A stretch of 64,000 bases of DNA from an uncultured bacterium (GTDB lineage: Bacteria > Oederibacteriota > Oederibacteriia > Oederibacteriales > Oederibacteriaceae). Positions 53,129 to 62,166 of the stretch are shown piece by piece; position 1 is the first letter of the stretch; every line of letters starts with the position of its first letter. Below the pieces are notes generated by a model, which was not told the origin of the DNA, made no database searches, and was given only the letters and a program-made list of their open reading frames with translations. The translations under genes and the position numbers were made by a program. Location of the stretch: the NCBI GenBank assembly GCA_965112635.1, contig OZ218778.1, positions 1,056,001 through 1,120,000 on the forward strand. The letters run 5' to 3'.

Positions 53129-53703
53129 ACCTTAAGCAGTATGTGGACAATTTCCTTAAAGAAACAGAAGAAATCGTCAAAACCATCGACCGGGACGCTA
53201 TCGTCCGCGCGGTGGAAATCCTTAGAAAGATCCGTGACCAGCAGGGCAGGCTTTTTATCCTTGGGGTAGGCGGCAGCGGAGCCAATGCCTCTCATGCGGT
53301 CAATGATTTCAGGAAAATAGCCGGGATGGAAGCTTACGCCCCGACCGACAATGTTTCTGAGCTCACGGCATGGACCAACGACAGCGGATGGGAAACGGTG
53401 TTCGAGGAATGGCTCAAGGAATCCAAACTAAAAGCCGGCGACGGATTGTTAGTGTTCTCGGTGGGCGGCGGTACGGCGACCACTTCTCTCAATCTAGTCA
53501 GAGCCATGGATCTGGCCAAGAAGGTAAAGGCCAACATCGTGGCCGTGGTCTCCCGCGACGGAGGCCATGCCGCCAAGGTCGCGGATGCCTGCGTCCTGAT
53601 CCCCGTGGTCTCAGCCGAACGCATCACTCCCCATTGCGAAGGGTGGCAGGGCGTAGTCTGGCATATGCTGGTCAACGCTCTCGTCTCTGCCCAAGGGAAG
53701 TAA
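53125..53703 (+). CDS. gmhA: SIS-domain phosphoheptose isomerase (GmhA-like)
   Basis: GVGGSGANASH, ND and E.WQ...WH SIS motifs. Confidence 0.75.
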   Translation: MNLKQYVDNFLKETEEIVKTIDRDAIVRAVEILRKIRDQQGRLFILGVGGSGANASHAVNDFRKIAGMEAYAPTDNVSELTAWTNDSGWETVFEEWLKESKLKAGDGLLVFSVGGGTATTSLNLVRAMDLAKKVKANIVAVVSRDGGHAAKVADACVLIPVVSAERITPHCEGWQGVVWHMLVNALVSAQGK

Positions 53704-53705
53704 GC

Positions 53706-54290
53706 TTGACCAAAGCCGTGTTCCTGGACCGGGACGGGGTTCTCAACCGACTGGTCTACAATTCCGCCACCACAGAATACGAGTCCCCGCATTTTTTAAA
53801 AGACCTGGAAATGTTGCCTAACCTCAGGGAACCCCTCCTGGCCCTGCAGAAAGAAGGATACCCGCTCTTTGTGGTCTCCAACCAGCCGAGTTATGCCAAG
53901 GGAAAAACAAGCCTGGAAAACATCAAGGCCATCGCTGAAAAGGTCAGGGAGCACATGGTTCAGCAAGGTGTTGCCATCACCGAGTATTATTACTGCTACC
54001 ACCACCCGGACGGCATCGTAGCCGGATTCAGCGGACCCTGCGAGTGCCGCAAGCCCAGCCCGTTTTTCCTTCGTCAGGCGGAGAAGAAATACGGTCTAGA
54101 TTTGGGGCAAAGCTGGATGGTCGGGGACGAGGACAGGGATATTTTGTGCGGGCAGGCCGCCGGGGTCAAAACCATCGTCCTCAATAATGCAAATTCAGCC
54201 AAAAAACGAGGCCAGGCAAAGCCCGATTTCAGGGCTAAGGACCTGGCAGATGCCGTCCAAAGGATTATGAAAGAAAGCAAGAAAACCTAA
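53706..54290 (+). CDS. gmhB: HAD IIIA heptose bisphosphate phosphatase (GmhB-like)
   Basis: FLDRDGVLN, SNQ, CYHHP...CECRKP and VGD; TTG start. Confidence 0.85.
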   Translation: MTKAVFLDRDGVLNRLVYNSATTEYESPHFLKDLEMLPNLREPLLALQKEGYPLFVVSNQPSYAKGKTSLENIKAIAEKVREHMVQQGVAITEYYYCYHHPDGIVAGFSGPCECRKPSPFFLRQAEKKYGLDLGQSWMVGDEDRDILCGQAAGVKTIVLNNANSAKKRGQAKPDFRAKDLADAVQRIMKESKKT

Positions 54291-54330
54291 AAAAAGGTAT
54301 AATGTTCAGCGAATTTAAGGAGGTTTCCTT

Positions 54331-55047
54331 TTGTCTTTAAAAGAGTTAAAAATAAAGATCTTTGCCGACGGCGCTGACTTGAACGGCATGGTGCAGTTGT
54401 CCAAAGTAGGATGGGTCAAGGGATTTACCACCAATCCCACCCTGATGCGCAAGGCAGGCATCGTGGATTACGAGAAGTTCGCCAAAGAAGTCCTGCTGGC
54501 CATCCCACAGCTACCCATTTCTTTTGAGGTTTTTTCAGATGATTTTGCGGACATGGAGCGGCAGGCCAGGAAGATCGCGAGTTGGGGTAAGAGTGTATAT
54601 GTGAAGATCCCGGTGACCAATACCAAGGGGGAATCCTCGGCACCCCTTATCCGCAAGCTGGCCCAGGACGGCCTGCAGCTCAACGTCACGGCTATCACCA
54701 CCATCAACCAGGTCAGAGAGGTCTCGGGAGCTTTAAAGGCCGGCGTGCCGGGCATTATCTCCGTTTTCGCAGGCAGGATCGCTGATACCGGGGTGGACCC
54801 GGTCCCCCTGATGCAAGAATGTCTCAGGATCGCGCATGCCAAACCCGCGTTAGAACTTCTCTGGGCCAGCAGCCGGGAAGTGCTCAACCTCCTGCAGGCG
54901 GAAGCCATTGGTTGCGATATCATTACCGTCACCAACGATATACTCAAAAAAGCTTCCCAGCAGCTGGGAATGGATCTGGGGGCCATGTCCCTGGAAACCG
55001 TAAAAATGTTCGACAAGGACGCTACTTCTGCCGGATTTAAGTTGTAA
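54331..55047 (+). CDS. tal: Transaldolase (short, FSA/TalC-type)
   Basis: IFAD, GFTTNPTL, YVKIP, NVT and FAGRIAD. Confidence 0.88.
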   Translation: MSLKELKIKIFADGADLNGMVQLSKVGWVKGFTTNPTLMRKAGIVDYEKFAKEVLLAIPQLPISFEVFSDDFADMERQARKIASWGKSVYVKIPVTNTKGESSAPLIRKLAQDGLQLNVTAITTINQVREVSGALKAGVPGIISVFAGRIADTGVDPVPLMQECLRIAHAKPALELLWASSREVLNLLQAEAIGCDIITVTNDILKKASQQLGMDLGAMSLETVKMFDKDATSAGFKL

Positions 55048-55081
55048 GCAAAATCAACCTTATTTAAGGATGAGGTGAGCT

Positions 55082-56140
55082 ATGAAAGATTTGTGCGGAG
55101 GCCACAAGCGGAGGTTCCATTTTCTAGGAGAGGCTGTCTTGGGACTACTTTTGGCAGTGATTGTCTGGCAGGGGGCAGGATGCCATAAGAAAAAACCACA
55201 GGTGGTTGCTCCGGAGGAGCCGCAGATTCCTGGGATTTTTGCCACTGAGGAAAACAACCCGGCAGCAGCGAACAAACCCGTTGTACGGACAGAGACTTCC
55301 CCTGAAGTGTTCGACCGGATCATCACCCTGCAATTAGGACACCCCTTTGGGTTGGCTTTTTCTCGGGAAGGGCTTTTATACATAGCGGATACTTACAATT
55401 GTAGGATCGTGGTCGTTGATAGCAAAGGAATCATCAAAAAAACATGGGGGAAACAAGGTTCTGGTCCCGGTGATTTTTTATTTCCTTTCAGCATTGCTGT
55501 GAATGGGGACGGAGAAGTTTATGTGGCTGATTCCAAAAACCATCGGATACAGAAGTTCAATAAGAACGGAAACTATCTACTGAGTTGGGGCAGGTTGGGA
55601 ACTGGGCACGGAGAGTTCCAGTTCCCCTATGGCGTGGCTGTGGATACCAAAGGACTCGTTTATGTGGTGGATACTTTGAATTACCGTATCCAAAAATTTA
55701 CTGGATCTGGAAAATATATTGGACAGTTCGGAGAAAAAGGCAAACAGCCCGGAGCTTTTAATTATCCGTTCGCCTTGGCTATCAGCAGGAAGGGGCATGT
55801 CTATGTGGCTGACCAAGCCAATCACCGCATAGAGAAATTTACCCTTTCCGGAGATTACATTCTGAGCTGGGGGGCCTATGGCAATAAGAACCCCGAAGAT
55901 TTTGATAACCCTCTAGGAGTTTATGTGGATGACCATGAGCGGGTCTATGTTTCTGACACAGGAAACAAAGCTGTAAAGCTCTTTGACAGCGAGGGGCGTT
56001 TCATCGATATTTTTTCAGGATCTCAACAGCCGCTGGACCCTCTGGCCGACCCTGCCGGTTTAACTATGGACTCCGCAGGAAAGGTCTATGTGGCTGATCC
56101 GGAGAATAGCCGCATCTGCGTATTCCGGTTCCATATGTAG
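55082..56140 (+). CDS. NHL-repeat beta-propeller protein, probable lipoprotein
   Basis: Six FxxPxGVAV...YVADxxNHRIQKF repeats; GAGC lipobox-like motif. Confidence 0.9.
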   Translation: MKDLCGGHKRRFHFLGEAVLGLLLAVIVWQGAGCHKKKPQVVAPEEPQIPGIFATEENNPAAANKPVVRTETSPEVFDRIITLQLGHPFGLAFSREGLLYIADTYNCRIVVVDSKGIIKKTWGKQGSGPGDFLFPFSIAVNGDGEVYVADSKNHRIQKFNKNGNYLLSWGRLGTGHGEFQFPYGVAVDTKGLVYVVDTLNYRIQKFTGSGKYIGQFGEKGKQPGAFNYPFALAISRKGHVYVADQANHRIEKFTLSGDYILSWGAYGNKNPEDFDNPLGVYVDDHERVYVSDTGNKAVKLFDSEGRFIDIFSGSQQPLDPLADPAGLTMDSAGKVYVADPENSRICVFRFHM

Positions 56141-56190
56141 TGAAAGGGAGAAACACAAAAAACCGCTCCACCCCATGAGAGAAATGCAAA

Positions 56191-59043
56191 ATGGCTAAAG
56201 CTCTAAAGAGTTCAAAAAAAACAAAAGTGTCCGGTACCACGGCCCCCAGGCCCACCCTTAGGTGGATGGAACGAATATCAGGCCTGATCTATGGCGTATC
56301 CCAGCCGGCCCCAGGAGAGGGGGGGGATCCTCGGGCAAATTCGAGACAGATAAAAAAACAGGATAAACTTCAAAAGACCCAAACAGCCACATTTTTTCTC
56401 TCTCCAGAAGCTTATCAAAATGATGCCAAGAACTTTATTAAGGATCTATTCGTCGTTGGCTTGTTTGTATTCCTTTTATTATTGCTTTTGATATCCTTGT
56501 TGTCTGGACATTTTTTACTGGCTCTCCTAGCTATTTTTTTTGAAAGCCAATTGCTCGATCATATGCCTTGGGAACATATTTTCCCGGGTCAAAATAGAAC
56601 AAAAATATCCCTGCTTATCCTGCATTATTTTTTTGCCCCCCCCTTGCTTTTAAGTCTTGCCGCTGTGTTAGCCATCATTGGGCAAGTCAATTTTATCCTG
56701 CATCAGTTTAGGCCGGGTGCTTTATATTACCTGATGGCCATTATCTGTACTTTCGGATATGAAACCAAAGCCGCTCCAATGTCCGTTGAGCCAGGGCCTC
56801 CAGCGCCCATCAAAGGCAAAGAGATTAAAGCTCGTACGGTCCAGGGAGAGCCTCGCTTGAACCCATTCTATATTTTTGTCCCTATTCTGATGTTTGCCTG
56901 GGCTTTTTCGTATTTTATTATGGATATTTATCCCTATATGGGATTAGTGCTGTGGCTCCTGGGCGTCGGTCTTTTTATGTTCGGATTATGGAGAGCAGAG
57001 AATATCAAATATCCCCAGAATCTTGAACCCTTTACCAATAACCAAAAGATAGGCCTGGCGGCCATCCTCGTTACAGCCTTTATAGTCAGAGTCTTTAAAT
57101 TACAAGATATTCCACATGGCCTGGTCCATGACGAATGCTCCCGGTTGCTTGTATCTTTTTCGCTGCCTCTTCCTTTTTCGGTCAATGAATGGAACTATCC
57201 CAATATGCCGTTATTGCTCAATGGTCTTTACAGGTTTTTATTCTCGGACAACACCATCGCGTTCAGGATGGCGAGCGTGGTGCCGGGAACCCTCACCGTT
57301 TATCTGGTCTTTCAGTTTACCCGGTTTTGTTTCGGCAACCGGGCCGGGTTGTTCGCCGCATTCTTAAGCGCCTTCACTTTTCTGCCTATCGCCATCAGTC
57401 GCATGACCTACGACCAAGTGCATATTCCCTTCGCGACCGTCGGGGTGACCTACTTTTTTTACAAGGGGTTGAAGCTGCGAAGGAAGCTGGACTTTGCCTG
57501 GGCAGCCTGTTTCTTGTGTTTCGGCCTGCATTCCTACGCTGCCCTCAGGATACTCCCCTTTATTATCGCTGCTTTTTTGATCTATCTCTGTTTCAGGGAT
57601 AGAAAACTTTTAACGGAAAATAAGTGGGGGTTTTTGGTCTTTGCAGCGGTGACCCTGGTGCTGATGGGCCCCCTCATTTATGAAATGTTCGGCAAGGGAT
57701 CAGACCTGTGGCGCCGTCCCGTGGGCCTGTTCATTATCAGAGACACTCCCCTGTGGCAATGGCCCGCTTTTGTCACTAACGCGGTCATCATGATCTTGAA
57801 AGATTATTTTTACAGCGCCACGATCTATCTAGCCTACTGCATACGGTGGTTGGGTTTGCCGGAAAAGCCGGTTTTTGATCTCATTACTGCCGCCTGTTGC
57901 ATCGCTTCTCTGGGGATCGTTTTCCGGAGGATCAAAGAGCCTATCTATATTTTGATCTTAATGACCGCTTTTCTCAGCCTGTTGCCCCAAGCGGGTTCCA
58001 TGTTCCACTATCCAGTAGCCCGGACGCTTGGGCTGCTTCCTCCGGTATTTATGCTGGCAGGGCTTTTCCTGGGGAGAGGCTATGAATTGACCCTAAAAAC
58101 ATCTTCGCGTTTTATGAAAATCATTTTGCAGGGTCTATTTGCGGTTATTTTGGGCTATGTTTTCATTGCCAATGTCAGGATGTATTTTGTGACCAATGCG
58201 GAATATGTGGATTACTTCCCTTATGAGTCCGGTTTGCTTGGAAACGAAGGCATTTATGAGTGTGCCAGGCAGGAGATGGCCTTTGACAAGTTGGGCTATG
58301 CGGTCACCAGTGAATTGGCCAGTCATCCGACTTCTATTGTGGTCACCGCTGGAAGGGTTGAAAATCTTCAGGGGTACGCCTCTTACCTAGATATGCCTTA
58401 CACAAGGGTGTTAAAAAAAGGTTCTCCCGGCGTTGTTTATTTCTTTTGGCCTGACAAGACCAATGAAAGATTGAATCTATTAAAGGCCTTTTATCCCGCG
58501 GGCAAATACGGGAATTTTCAGAACCCCAAAACAAAAGATGTGCTGTATTGGTCCTATATCGTCAGCCAGGACGAACTGAAGGCCAATCAGGGGCTCAACG
58601 TCCAATACTACAACAATTTGGATTTTGCGGGTAAGCCGGTCACCCAGACCGCAGGGGAAGAGGTCGCTTATTATTGGAGAGAAAACCATCAACCGGTCAA
58701 AGCGCCCTTCAGCGCCCGTTTTTCGGGAGGTTTCTATTTTTCAACCGACCAAACCATCACTTATACTTTAGAAGCCATGGATCAAACTAGGTTTTTTATT
58801 GACGATAAGCTTGTCCTGTTTATTAAATCTTCCAACCGCATCACCAGCGTGGCTAAAGCCATTTTCCTGAAAGCCGGACCTCACCGTTTAAGAGTAGAAA
58901 CCATAGAAAGGTCAGGTCTGGGTGGGCTAGGCCTGTTCTGGAACGGGCCCTATTCCGGGCCCAAAGCGATCATTCCCAGAGAATCAATGTTGCCGACCTC
59001 AACTATGGAACGACTGTTCACCCTTAAAAAGATCAAACAATAA
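56191..59043 (+). CDS. GT-C (ArnT/PMT-like) membrane glycosyltransferase with C-terminal PA14 domain, paralogue 1
   Basis: Multiple TMs, PHGLVHDE catalytic loop; PA14 YYNNLDFAG...FSARFSG...GPHRLRVE. Confidence 0.85.
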   Translation: MAKALKSSKKTKVSGTTAPRPTLRWMERISGLIYGVSQPAPGEGGDPRANSRQIKKQDKLQKTQTATFFLSPEAYQNDAKNFIKDLFVVGLFVFLLLLLLISLLSGHFLLALLAIFFESQLLDHMPWEHIFPGQNRTKISLLILHYFFAPPLLLSLAAVLAIIGQVNFILHQFRPGALYYLMAIICTFGYETKAAPMSVEPGPPAPIKGKEIKARTVQGEPRLNPFYIFVPILMFAWAFSYFIMDIYPYMGLVLWLLGVGLFMFGLWRAENIKYPQNLEPFTNNQKIGLAAILVTAFIVRVFKLQDIPHGLVHDECSRLLVSFSLPLPFSVNEWNYPNMPLLLNGLYRFLFSDNTIAFRMASVVPGTLTVYLVFQFTRFCFGNRAGLFAAFLSAFTFLPIAISRMTYDQVHIPFATVGVTYFFYKGLKLRRKLDFAWAACFLCFGLHSYAALRILPFIIAAFLIYLCFRDRKLLTENKWGFLVFAAVTLVLMGPLIYEMFGKGSDLWRRPVGLFIIRDTPLWQWPAFVTNAVIMILKDYFYSATIYLAYCIRWLGLPEKPVFDLITAACCIASLGIVFRRIKEPIYILILMTAFLSLLPQAGSMFHYPVARTLGLLPPVFMLAGLFLGRGYELTLKTSSRFMKIILQGLFAVILGYVFIANVRMYFVTNAEYVDYFPYESGLLGNEGIYECARQEMAFDKLGYAVTSELASHPTSIVVTAGRVENLQGYASYLDMPYTRVLKKGSPGVVYFFWPDKTNERLNLLKAFYPAGKYGNFQNPKTKDVLYWSYIVSQDELKANQGLNVQYYNNLDFAGKPVTQTAGEEVAYYWRENHQPVKAPFSARFSGGFYFSTDQTITYTLEAMDQTRFFIDDKLVLFIKSSNRITSVAKAIFLKAGPHRLRVETIERSGLGGLGLFWNGPYSGPKAIIPRESMLPTSTMERLFTLKKIKQ

Positions 59044-59151
59044 ACTCCCTCGCCTGAACACTTCAGGAGAGGATGTAATGCCCAATGGGGTTCTGCGGTT
59101 CCATGGTCCTAAAAAATCTGACCCAAAAATATCAATCTAAATGGAATTTTT

Positions 59152-62064
59152 ATGAAAAACCTTTTAAAAAAGTCCAACGATGAAGAGGGGATAAAAAATC
59201 CCGTTCTTCCCAGCTCCTGGCAGAAGTGGGCAAAATGGCTGTCCAGGTTCATTTACGGAAGCTCTGAGCAGGAAGACAGTCTAAAAGTATCCCTGAGGGT
59301 TCCGGGAGCCCCAGAAAAAGAGGGAACCGTTGGGCAGGGCCCAGCAGCGCCCTTCTATCTTTCCAATAAAGCATTTCGAAAAAACAATAAATTATTCTTC
59401 AAAAACGCTTTATTGACCTGCTTGTTTATTTTAGTTTTGTGCTGGATCATCCTTGCTTTGTTTTATTGGGAAATAGTTCTGTCAGTTGTTTTAATTTTTA
59501 TAGAGTCTCAATTATTGAAATTAATACCCTGGCAAACTATTTTTCCGGAACAGGACAGGCAGAAAACATTTTTTCAGGCTGTTGAGTGCATTTGTCCGCC
59601 CTTTTTCCTTTTCGGTCTTGCCTTTGCGCTGGCCATTGTAGGCCAGATATTCCTTATCCGGCTTCAATTCAAACCAGGCTCCATATTTTACCTGGCTGCC
59701 ATTGCCCTGGCTTATTTCTATGAGAAAAGGACCGGTAGCGGGGTTCCTCTTGATGCCCAACCCGTTCCCAACAGTACTCCAGGAAATCCTAGCCGAACCG
59801 TATCCCGTCCCGTGTCTTTGAACCCTTTTTATATTTTTGTTCCCCTTATGCTTTATTCAACCGCTCTTACCTATTTAACGACGGATATTTATAAATATAA
59901 GATATCTGATATCCAGCAATACGGCAGTTTGTCGCTATGGGCGGGAAGTATCGGGCTTTTTATGTTCGGGCTATGGTGGGCTGACCCGGTCAAGTTTCCC
60001 AGGAATTCAGACCCTTTGACCCGTTATCAAAAGATAGGCCTGGCCGCCATCCTCATCATGGCCGCGGCAGCCCGGCTCTATAGGTTAAACGACATCCCGC
60101 ACGGGATGATCCACGACGAAGTGGCCCAATTATTGCTGTCTTTTTCCATTCCGATGCCGTTCCAGATCAATGAATGGTTCACGGAAAATTTTACGGAATT
60201 CCTTTCCGGCATTTCCTGGTACCTATCCTTCAAATTCCTTCCCGTGGATAATTGCGTAGGGTTCAGGCTGGGCAACGCGATCCCGGGTATATTCACCGTT
60301 TACTTGATCTTTCAATTCACCAGATTCTGCTTTGGGAACCGAGCCGCGCTTATCACCGCGTTTATTTGGGCTTTTTCGTTGATGCCCGTATCCATCAGCC
60401 GTTCGACCTATTGCGAAGTGCATGTACCCATGGTGACCGTCGGGGTGACCTACTTTTTATACAAGGGCTTAAAACTAAGAAGGAGCATCGACTTTGCCTG
60501 GGCGGGATTTTTCCTTAGTTTTGGCTTTTACTCCTATCCCAGTCTCAGGATCGTTCCTTTTATAGTCCTGTTCTTTTTGATCTTTCTTTTCTTTAAAGAT
60601 AGAAAAATGATCGAGGAGAACAGGCAGGGGTTGATTGTTTTTGTGGCGGTCATTCTGGCCTGGATGTATCCCTTGTTTAATGAGACCTATTTTAAGAACC
60701 AGGACATATGGTCCCGGGCCAAAGCCATTTTCACTCTGAAGGGTGCCCCTGTTCTTTTGTGGCCCTATTATATCGTCCAAAATTATTTCAGGATACTTTA
60801 CGAATATTATTGCAGCGCCACCATGTACAGTGAGTATTGCATCCGGTGGATGGGACTGCCCGGAAAACCTATTTTTGACCTGATCACCGCGGCCAGCAGT
60901 ATCGCCTGCCTAGGCATCGCCTTGCGGAGGCTTAAAGATGCCGCTTTCCTTTTAGTCTTGATGACCGCGTTGCTCAGCATCACGCCCCAGGCCATCACTC
61001 CGTTCGGCTATCCGACGGCCCGGACGTGCGGGTTCCTTCCACCGATCATCATGCTAGCTGGAATTTTCCTGTCCCGGGGTTATGAACTGACCTTGCTGAC
61101 CACGTTGCGACCCTGTAAATCATGGCTACTGGGTCTTTTGGCGGTCATCCTAGGCTTTGTTTGTATTTACAATCTCCATTTTTACTTCGTATCCAACGCT
61201 CAATATGCGGATTTTTTTCCCCAGAATGAAGGTCTGCTGGGTAATGAGGGGGTTTTTGAGGGTTCTAAAAAAGAGATGGAATTTGACAAACTAGGGTATG
61301 CGGTATCCAGCGAATTTGCCGCGCATCCAACAGCCATTGTGGAGACCGGATACAGGGTCCATAATGTCCTGGGATTCTATGCCCCTTATGATACGCCTTA
61401 CCTCAGGAAGTTAAATAAAGATTTCCAGGGGATTGTCTATTTTTTCTATCCCAACAAGAACGACGAGAGAAAGAATATATTGAAAGCCCTTTATCCAGGC
61501 GGTCATTACTGCGCCTTGCTGAACCCAAAGACAAACAACGAGGTATATTGGTCCTATATCGCCGGACGGAATGAAGTGCTGGCCGACCAGGGATTGCATG
61601 GCCTATATTACGACAATCTAAACTTTGAGGGAAGGCCGGTCACGCGGACTGCCTGGGAAAAGGTCTCTTATCTTTGGAAGGCAAAACGCCGGCCGGTGAA
61701 ACCTCCGTTCAGCGCGCGTTATTCAGGAGGGGTTTATTTTGCGGTGGATCAAAGCCATACCTTTACTTTAGAAGCCATGGATCAAACCAGGCTGTTCATT
61801 GACGATAAGCTTGTCCTGTCCCTGGAACAGTCCGACCGGGTTACCAGCGTGTCCACACCCATACTGCCGATGAAAGCCGGACCCCATCGTTTAAGAGTGG
61901 AAGCAAAAGTAAGATCAGTTAAGGGCAGTTTGAATCTGTACTGGAATTCAATCATCAACGGGCAGGAGATCATGCCCAGAGAGGCGCTGCTGCCCCCAGC
62001 TATAGTCGAGCGCCTGTTTGTTCTTAATAATAAAAAAATGCTTTTGCCTATAAGTAAGAAGTAA
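59152..62064 (+). CDS. GT-C membrane glycosyltransferase with C-terminal PA14 domain, paralogue 2
   Basis: PHGMIHDE; colinear with paralogue 1, including PA14. Confidence 0.85.
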   Translation: MKNLLKKSNDEEGIKNPVLPSSWQKWAKWLSRFIYGSSEQEDSLKVSLRVPGAPEKEGTVGQGPAAPFYLSNKAFRKNNKLFFKNALLTCLFILVLCWIILALFYWEIVLSVVLIFIESQLLKLIPWQTIFPEQDRQKTFFQAVECICPPFFLFGLAFALAIVGQIFLIRLQFKPGSIFYLAAIALAYFYEKRTGSGVPLDAQPVPNSTPGNPSRTVSRPVSLNPFYIFVPLMLYSTALTYLTTDIYKYKISDIQQYGSLSLWAGSIGLFMFGLWWADPVKFPRNSDPLTRYQKIGLAAILIMAAAARLYRLNDIPHGMIHDEVAQLLLSFSIPMPFQINEWFTENFTEFLSGISWYLSFKFLPVDNCVGFRLGNAIPGIFTVYLIFQFTRFCFGNRAALITAFIWAFSLMPVSISRSTYCEVHVPMVTVGVTYFLYKGLKLRRSIDFAWAGFFLSFGFYSYPSLRIVPFIVLFFLIFLFFKDRKMIEENRQGLIVFVAVILAWMYPLFNETYFKNQDIWSRAKAIFTLKGAPVLLWPYYIVQNYFRILYEYYCSATMYSEYCIRWMGLPGKPIFDLITAASSIACLGIALRRLKDAAFLLVLMTALLSITPQAITPFGYPTARTCGFLPPIIMLAGIFLSRGYELTLLTTLRPCKSWLLGLLAVILGFVCIYNLHFYFVSNAQYADFFPQNEGLLGNEGVFEGSKKEMEFDKLGYAVSSEFAAHPTAIVETGYRVHNVLGFYAPYDTPYLRKLNKDFQGIVYFFYPNKNDERKNILKALYPGGHYCALLNPKTNNEVYWSYIAGRNEVLADQGLHGLYYDNLNFEGRPVTRTAWEKVSYLWKAKRRPVKPPFSARYSGGVYFAVDQSHTFTLEAMDQTRLFIDDKLVLSLEQSDRVTSVSTPILPMKAGPHRLRVEAKVRSVKGSLNLYWNSIINGQEIMPREALLPPAIVERLFVLNNKKMLLPISKK

Positions 62065-62166
62065 ATTAAAGATTGCAGGTTTGAGCGCTTCGCCCGAGGA
62101 ATAGTGCTAAAATAATTATCTTAAACTCAGGGGTTAAGTCGACGAATCGGAGGAGAGAGGGTCTTT